This document shows positions 33,320-38,227 of a stretch of DNA of 38,227 nt, piece after piece. The stretch spans positions 46,398,361-46,436,587 of the forward strand of contig NC_068994.1 of assembly GCF_001194135.2 (NCBI RefSeq). The letters are read 5' to 3'. The DNA comes from Octopus bimaculoides (Eukaryota). A program made the translations under genes and the position numbers. How positions within the stretch are numbered: position 1 is the first letter of the stretch; each line of letters starts with the position of its first letter. The notes below the pieces were generated by a model. That model was not told the origin of the DNA and ran no database searches. It saw only the letters and a list, made by a program, of their open reading frames with translations.

Positions 33320-34555
33320 AGAAGTCAGGATGTAGCGGTATTGAAGTCTGTATGAAGAGGTATTGAAGTCTGGGTGAAGAGGTATTGAAGTCTGTATGAA
33401 GAGGTATTGAAGTCTGGGTGAAGAGGTATTGAAGTNNNNNNNNNNNNNNNNNNNNNNNNNNNNNNNNNNNNNNNNNNNNNNNNNNNNNNNNNNNNNNNNN
33501 NNNNNNNNNNNNNNNNNNNNNNNNNNNNNNNNNNNNNNNNNNNNNNNNNNNNNNNNNNNNNNNNNNNNNNNNNNNNNNNNNNNNNNNNNNNNNNNNNNNN
33601 NNNNNNNNNNNNNNNNNNNNNNNNNNNNNNNNNNNNNNNNNNNNNNNNNNNNNNNNNNNNNNNNNNNNNNNNNNNNNNNNNNNNNNNNNNNNNNNNNNNN
33701 NNNNNNNNNNNNNNNNNNNNNNNNNNNNNNNNNNNNNNNNNNNNNNNNNNNNNNNNNNNNNNNNNNNNNNNNNNNNNNNNNNNNNNNNNNNNNNNNNNNN
33801 NNNNNNNNNNNNNNNNNNNNNNNNNNNNNNNNNNNNNNNNNNNNNNNNNNNNNNNNNNNNNNNNNNNNNNNNNNNNNNNNNNNNNNNNNNNNNNNNNNNN
33901 NNNNNNNNNNNNNNNNNNNNNNNNNNNNNNNNNNNNNNNNNNNNNNNNNNNNNNNNNNNNNNNNNNNNNNNAGTCGGGGACGAAGCGGTATTGAAGTCGG
34001 GGACGAAGCGGTATTGAAGTCGGGGACGAAGCGGTATTGAAGTCGGGACGAAGCGGTATTGAAGTCGGGACGAAGCGGTATTGAAGTCTGGACGAAGAGG
34101 TACTGAAGTCTGGACGAAGCGATATTGTAGTCAGGACAAAGCGGTAATGAAGTCAGGTCAACTAGACCAGAGGTTTTCAAACTTTTTGACTTGCGGACCC
34201 CTTTATATTTCAGGCTTTACCTTAGGGACCCCCTTATAAACGCTTATGAAATTTACACATAAATATTTGCTTAAAATAACACATATTTTTACATTTATTT
34301 ATTTATCAGTATTTAACAAATAGGTTGATTGTCAATTAAAAGATTTCGATTAAAAAACATATATAAAATCAAATTGCCCATAAAAAGTATTTGCTATCCA
34401 GAGACACCCTGTGGTCGGGGACCACAGTTTGAAAACCCCTGAACTAGACGCAGTGGTATTGAACTCAGGATGAAGCAGTAGTGAAATCAAGACGAAGAAG
34501 TATTGAAGTGAAGACAAAGTGGTATAGATGTCAGGATGAAGTAGTATTGAGTCTG
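33320..34555. repeat. 22-23-bp minisatellite (gaag(a/c)ggtattgaagtc(t/g)gg-) spanning an N gap, with decayed ends
   Basis: Units on both sides of gap 33436-33971; degenerate units continue to ~34555 beyond the inserted MITE. Confidence 0.9.
34168..34441. mobile_element. 274-bp hAT (Charlie-type) MITE with perfect 8-bp TSD
   Basis: TIRs cagaggttttcaaact / agtttgaaaacccctg; TSD AACTAGAC at 34160-34167 and 34442-34449. Confidence 0.9.
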
Positions 34556-35486
34556 TATTTGTGCACACTGATGATACCTTACAAGAACAAGTTTGAAGAA
34601 GTGGAGTAGGAGTGATTGGATATGAAAAATTAGAAATCTATTGATGTATCAATGTGTTGCAGGAATGACACATGATGGATTATATAAATATTAAAACTCG
34701 TTAGTAAAGTTAATTTGGTTAATCAAAGAATGACAACAGAATTAGGACAGTTGTGGAGATGTACTGTGAAAATATCAAACTATGCCAGCAGAAATTGTAA
34801 ATGACACACACAGAAACAGTTTAGTTCTTTCAGACTTAGAGCAGGTATGGGCAACCATTTACAAGATGTGGGTCGCATTAGACATGACGGGTTCATCATC
34901 GGGCTGGCCACACTATAAAGATTAAAGGTAAATTTTCATTAGATGTGCCATTCAGAAAGACCCACACAGGTCACAACTGGCTTAGAGCCACAAGCTTTCA
35001 CTCCTTCAACCCTTAACAATTCAGATTACTCTATTAAATATAAAGTTTATTTATTCACATTGTTTTTGAATTAATCATGCATAATCTTGCGGCTTTGGGA
35101 TTTTGATGATGTGATTGTTTAGTTTTAAAATGACATTGTAGAGTAGATGTGAGAGGCCAGACCTGGCCATTTTCAATGTAAAAAAGGTAGAATATCAGCA
35201 GATGCAAGGTGAGATAGATGTCTTCTCAGAATGCTGTGCCAGGAATCTTCATTGTTCATTATTAGCCTTGGTAGTTCCTCAATTTCACATCATTTGTCTC
35301 GGCAAATGATATCAATGCAGTTGAATGACTTTTGTCATCTATTAGTGTTTGGAAACAAGAGTGAATGAATTCCGATCTAGACTACAAAGTGGCCTTATTT
35401 TTCAGCTTGATGAATGATGGAATAAATTATTATTTAACCAGGAAACTCTGGGTAGCAGTAATTACAAGACTTAATTATATATATAT

Positions 35487-35849
35487 AGGTGCAGGTGTGG
35501 CTGTGTGACAAGACGTTTGCTTCCCAACTACATGGTTCTGGGTTCAGTCCCACTGCATAGTATCTTGGGCAAGAGTCTTCTATAGTAGCCTCAGGCCAAC
35601 CAAAGCCTTGTGAGTGGATTTGGTAGACAGAAACTGAAAGAAGCCCATTGTGTGTGGTTTTGTGTCCAACCATTGCTCGACAACAGGTGTTGGTGTGTTT
35701 ACATCCCTGTAATTTAGTGGGTTGGCAAAAAAACCCAGGCTTTAAAAGAGAAAAAAATAAGTTCTAGGGTCGATACATTTGACTAAGGAGTCTTCGAGGT
35801 GGTATCCCAGCATGGCCACAATCTAATGACTGAAACAAGTAAAACAAGT
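35487..35849 (+). mobile_element. Family A SINE, full length
   Basis: Same structure as 27744-28124. Confidence 0.88.
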
Positions 35850-36078
35850 GTATATATATGTGTGTGTTTTAGGAGAGCACCTGAAGATGGCCGAGCAATG
35901 GATCAACTGAATTGAAAGTCTACATTATTAGAAAGAGGTTTGATAAATTAGCTTGGAGAAATTAAATCAGCGACAGAGAGAGACAGAAGAGAGAGAGAGA
36001 GAGAGACAGGAGAAGAAATAGAGAGAGAGACAAAATTTAGAAAACTGTATTTGTGTATTTTGTTCATTGTAAAATTTG

Positions 36079-36115
<37 letters not shown>

Positions 36116-37030
36116 ATGTGTCTTGTATTTTGTTTTATTAATAATTATGTGTAAGCATGTTCATAGATTATGTGAAGGCATGTGTGTAAAAGTATATATG
36201 CAGTATATATGACATGTACATATATATATATATATAAAACAACATACNNNNNNNNNNNNNNNNNNNNNNNNNNNNNNNNNNNNNNNNNNNNNNNNNNNNN
36301 NNNNNNNNNNNNNNNNNNNNNNNNNNNNNNNNNNNNNNNNNNNNNNNNNNNNNNNNNNNNNNNNNNNNNNNNNNNNNNNNNNNNNNNNNNNNNNNNNNNN
36401 NNNNNNNNNNNNNNNNNNNNNNNNNNNNNNNNNNNNNNNNNNNNNNNNNNNNNNNNNNNNNNNNNNNNNNNNNNNNNNNNNNNNNNNNNNNNNNNNNNNN
36501 NNNNNNNNNNNNNNNNNNNNNNNNNNNNNNNNNNNNNNNNNNNNNNNNNNNNNNNNNNNNNNNNNNNNNNNNNNNNNNNNNNNNNNNNNNNNNNNNNNNN
36601 NNNNNNNNNNNNNNNNNNNNNNNNNNNNNNNNNNNNNNNNNNNNNNNNNNNNNNNNNNNNNNNNNNNNNNNNNNNNNNNNNNNNNNNNNNNNNNNNNNNN
36701 NNNNNNNNNNNNNNNNNNNNNNNNNNNNNNNNNNNNNNNNNNNNNNNNNNNNNNNNNNNNNNNNNNNNNNNNNNNNNNNNNNNNNNNNNNNNNNNNNNNN
36801 NNNNNNNNNNNNNNNNNNNNNNNNNNNNNNNNNNNNNNNNNNNNNNNNNNNNNNNNNNNNNNNNNNNNNNNNNNNNNNNNNNNNNNNNNNNNNNNNNNNN
36901 NNNNNNNNNNNNNNNNNNNNNNNNNNNNNNNNNNNNNNNNNNNNNNNNNNNNNNNNNNNNNNNNNNNNNNNNNNNNNNNNNNNNNNNNNNNNNNNNNNNN
37001 NNNNNNNNNNNNNNNNNNNNNNNNNNNNNN

Positions 37031-37244
37031 ATCGGTATTTAAAATATTGATCTTATCAAGTGGTCAGCATGGGAATAAAAACCATCGAAGGTAATAATTA
37101 TTTAAAATTATAATACAGGGTATCAAGGGATACCACCACGCTGAAAAAATAGCAGTCAAATCCTGACTCCAAAACCACAATAAATGTCCGCAAGGCACGA
37201 TTAGCGAAGACGAAGACCAAATAAGGATACCCTGTATTATAATT
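37031..37244 (-). mobile_element. Second copy of the hammerhead-associated repeat, 5'-truncated with a 19-bp inversion
   Basis: Reverse complement of 20730-20925; hammerhead part absent; 37226-37244 is a perfect inverted copy of 37106-37124. Confidence 0.75.
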
Positions 37245-37494
37245 ACACATATATATATGTATGTAAAGAGTAAGAAACTTGGTTCACAGTTACATGGTCC
37301 AGAGTTCAAATCTCTCTACATAGTCTCTTGAGCAAGTGTCTTCCACCAGAGCTCCTTGTCAGCCCAAACCTTCTTTGCAAGTTCGGTGGATGGAAACTGT
37401 GGAAGCCCACTAGATGGATTGTGCTAGTAAATCAAAGACTCACACCCTTGTCATACATTGTCATACTTGTTCCACCAGGAGACACATGTCTGTG

Positions 37495-37643
37495 GAACAC
37501 AGTAAATTCCACTCAGGTCAACTTTGCCTTTCATCATTTCAGGGTCGATAAAAATAAGTACCAGTTGAGTACTGGGGTCAATGTAATCGACTAGTCCCAT
37601 CCTGCAAAATTTCGAGTCTTGTGCCATTAGTAGAAAGGATTAT
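37495..37643 (+). mobile_element. Family B SINE, 5'-truncated
   Basis: aaattccactcaggtcaactttgcctttcatc..gtaccagttgagtactggggtc..gtagaaaggattatta. Confidence 0.85.
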
Positions 37644-37850
37644 TACCTCTGCCTTAGCAGAGGCAGAGGTATTGTTTTTAGTTGTGTTTGTTTGATTTTG
37701 GAGTTGATCTGGTACCGGACAAGGATTATTTTTCCTGTTTTACTTTTACTTAATTTTTGAGAGTGGTTGAGTATTCTCGTTTGTGAGAGCAGTTGAGTTT
37801 TATTTCAAATATTCTCATTTTAAAAATAATCTCTGGCTAATCATTGAGAT
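37644..37850 (+). mobile_element. Probable Helitron/Helentron-type non-autonomous fragment
   Basis: Starts with hairpin TACCTCTGCCT-tagcag-AGGCAGAGGTA (11-bp stem) then attgttttt; superfamily assignment is from resemblance only. Confidence 0.4.
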
Positions 37851-37863
37851 TAGTTTTTGATTA

Positions 37864-38212
37864 AGTAAGTAGCTTGCTTTACGACCCACATGGTTCCGGG
37901 TTCAGTCCCACTGCGTGGCACCTTGGGCAAGTGTCTTCTACTACAGCCTCGGGCTGACCAAAGCCTTGAGTGGATTTGGTAGACGGAAACTGAAAGAAGC
38001 CTGTCGTATATATGTATGTGTGTGTGTTTGTCTCCCAACATCGCTTGACAACCGATGCTGGTGTGTTTACTTCCTCGTAACTTAGCAGTTCAGCAAAAGA
38101 GACCGATAGAATAAGTACTAGGCTTCCAAAGAATAAGTCTTGGGGTCGATTTGCTCGATTAAAGACGGTGCTCCAGCATGGCCACAGTCAAATGACTGAA
38201 ACAAGTAAAAGA
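37864..38212 (+). mobile_element. Family A SINE, 5'-truncated
   Basis: gtaagtagcttgc..gggttcagtcccactgcgtggcacc..gactgaaacaagtaaaagag. Confidence 0.9.
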
Positions 38213-38227
38213 GGCATTTGTTACGGT

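Noticed and set aside
35881-35920. Hammerhead at CTGAAGATGG..GAAAGTC (also CTGATGA at 14813, 23834 and 34575)
   Set aside because: Stems II and III cannot be formed, or the motif lies in SINE sequence without GAAA.
132-38041. The supplied ORFs as protein-coding genes
   Set aside because: They are translations of microsatellites (YI, TH, V/S runs), SINEs (recurrent RRHLPKVP/RGYSRRH peptides) or N gaps. Only part of 11046-11246 is retained, as an exon.

Overview
Eukaryotic, AT-rich, repeat-dense genomic DNA with seven N gaps. The SINE sequences and microsatellite load look like an octopus genome; this is recognition from memory, not a database hit. None of the supplied ORFs is a credible stand-alone gene: nearly all are microsatellite, SINE or N-gap artefacts. 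The window is best read as large introns of a minus-strand protein-coding gene. Three short exon candidates have strong splice sites and compatible phase-1 junctions (24199-24143, 11143-11046 ending in a stop, 2382-2305), implying alternative C-termini; the protein is not recognised. The rest is at least five tRNA-derived or RTE-tailed SINE families, mariner and hAT MITEs, a hAT-Tip100 remnant, a probable Helentron-type fragment and mini/microsatellites. The most notable unannotated signal is five type-I hammerhead ribozyme motifs with palindromic (dimer-type) stem III, in unrelated sequence contexts. One sits inside a tRNA-headed SINE flanked by an 11-bp target-site duplication; another heads a ~320-bp retrozyme/Penelope-like repeat present twice. 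The two intact hammerheads are antisense to the inferred host gene; the three sense-strand ones are crippled. Repeat boundaries are approximate.
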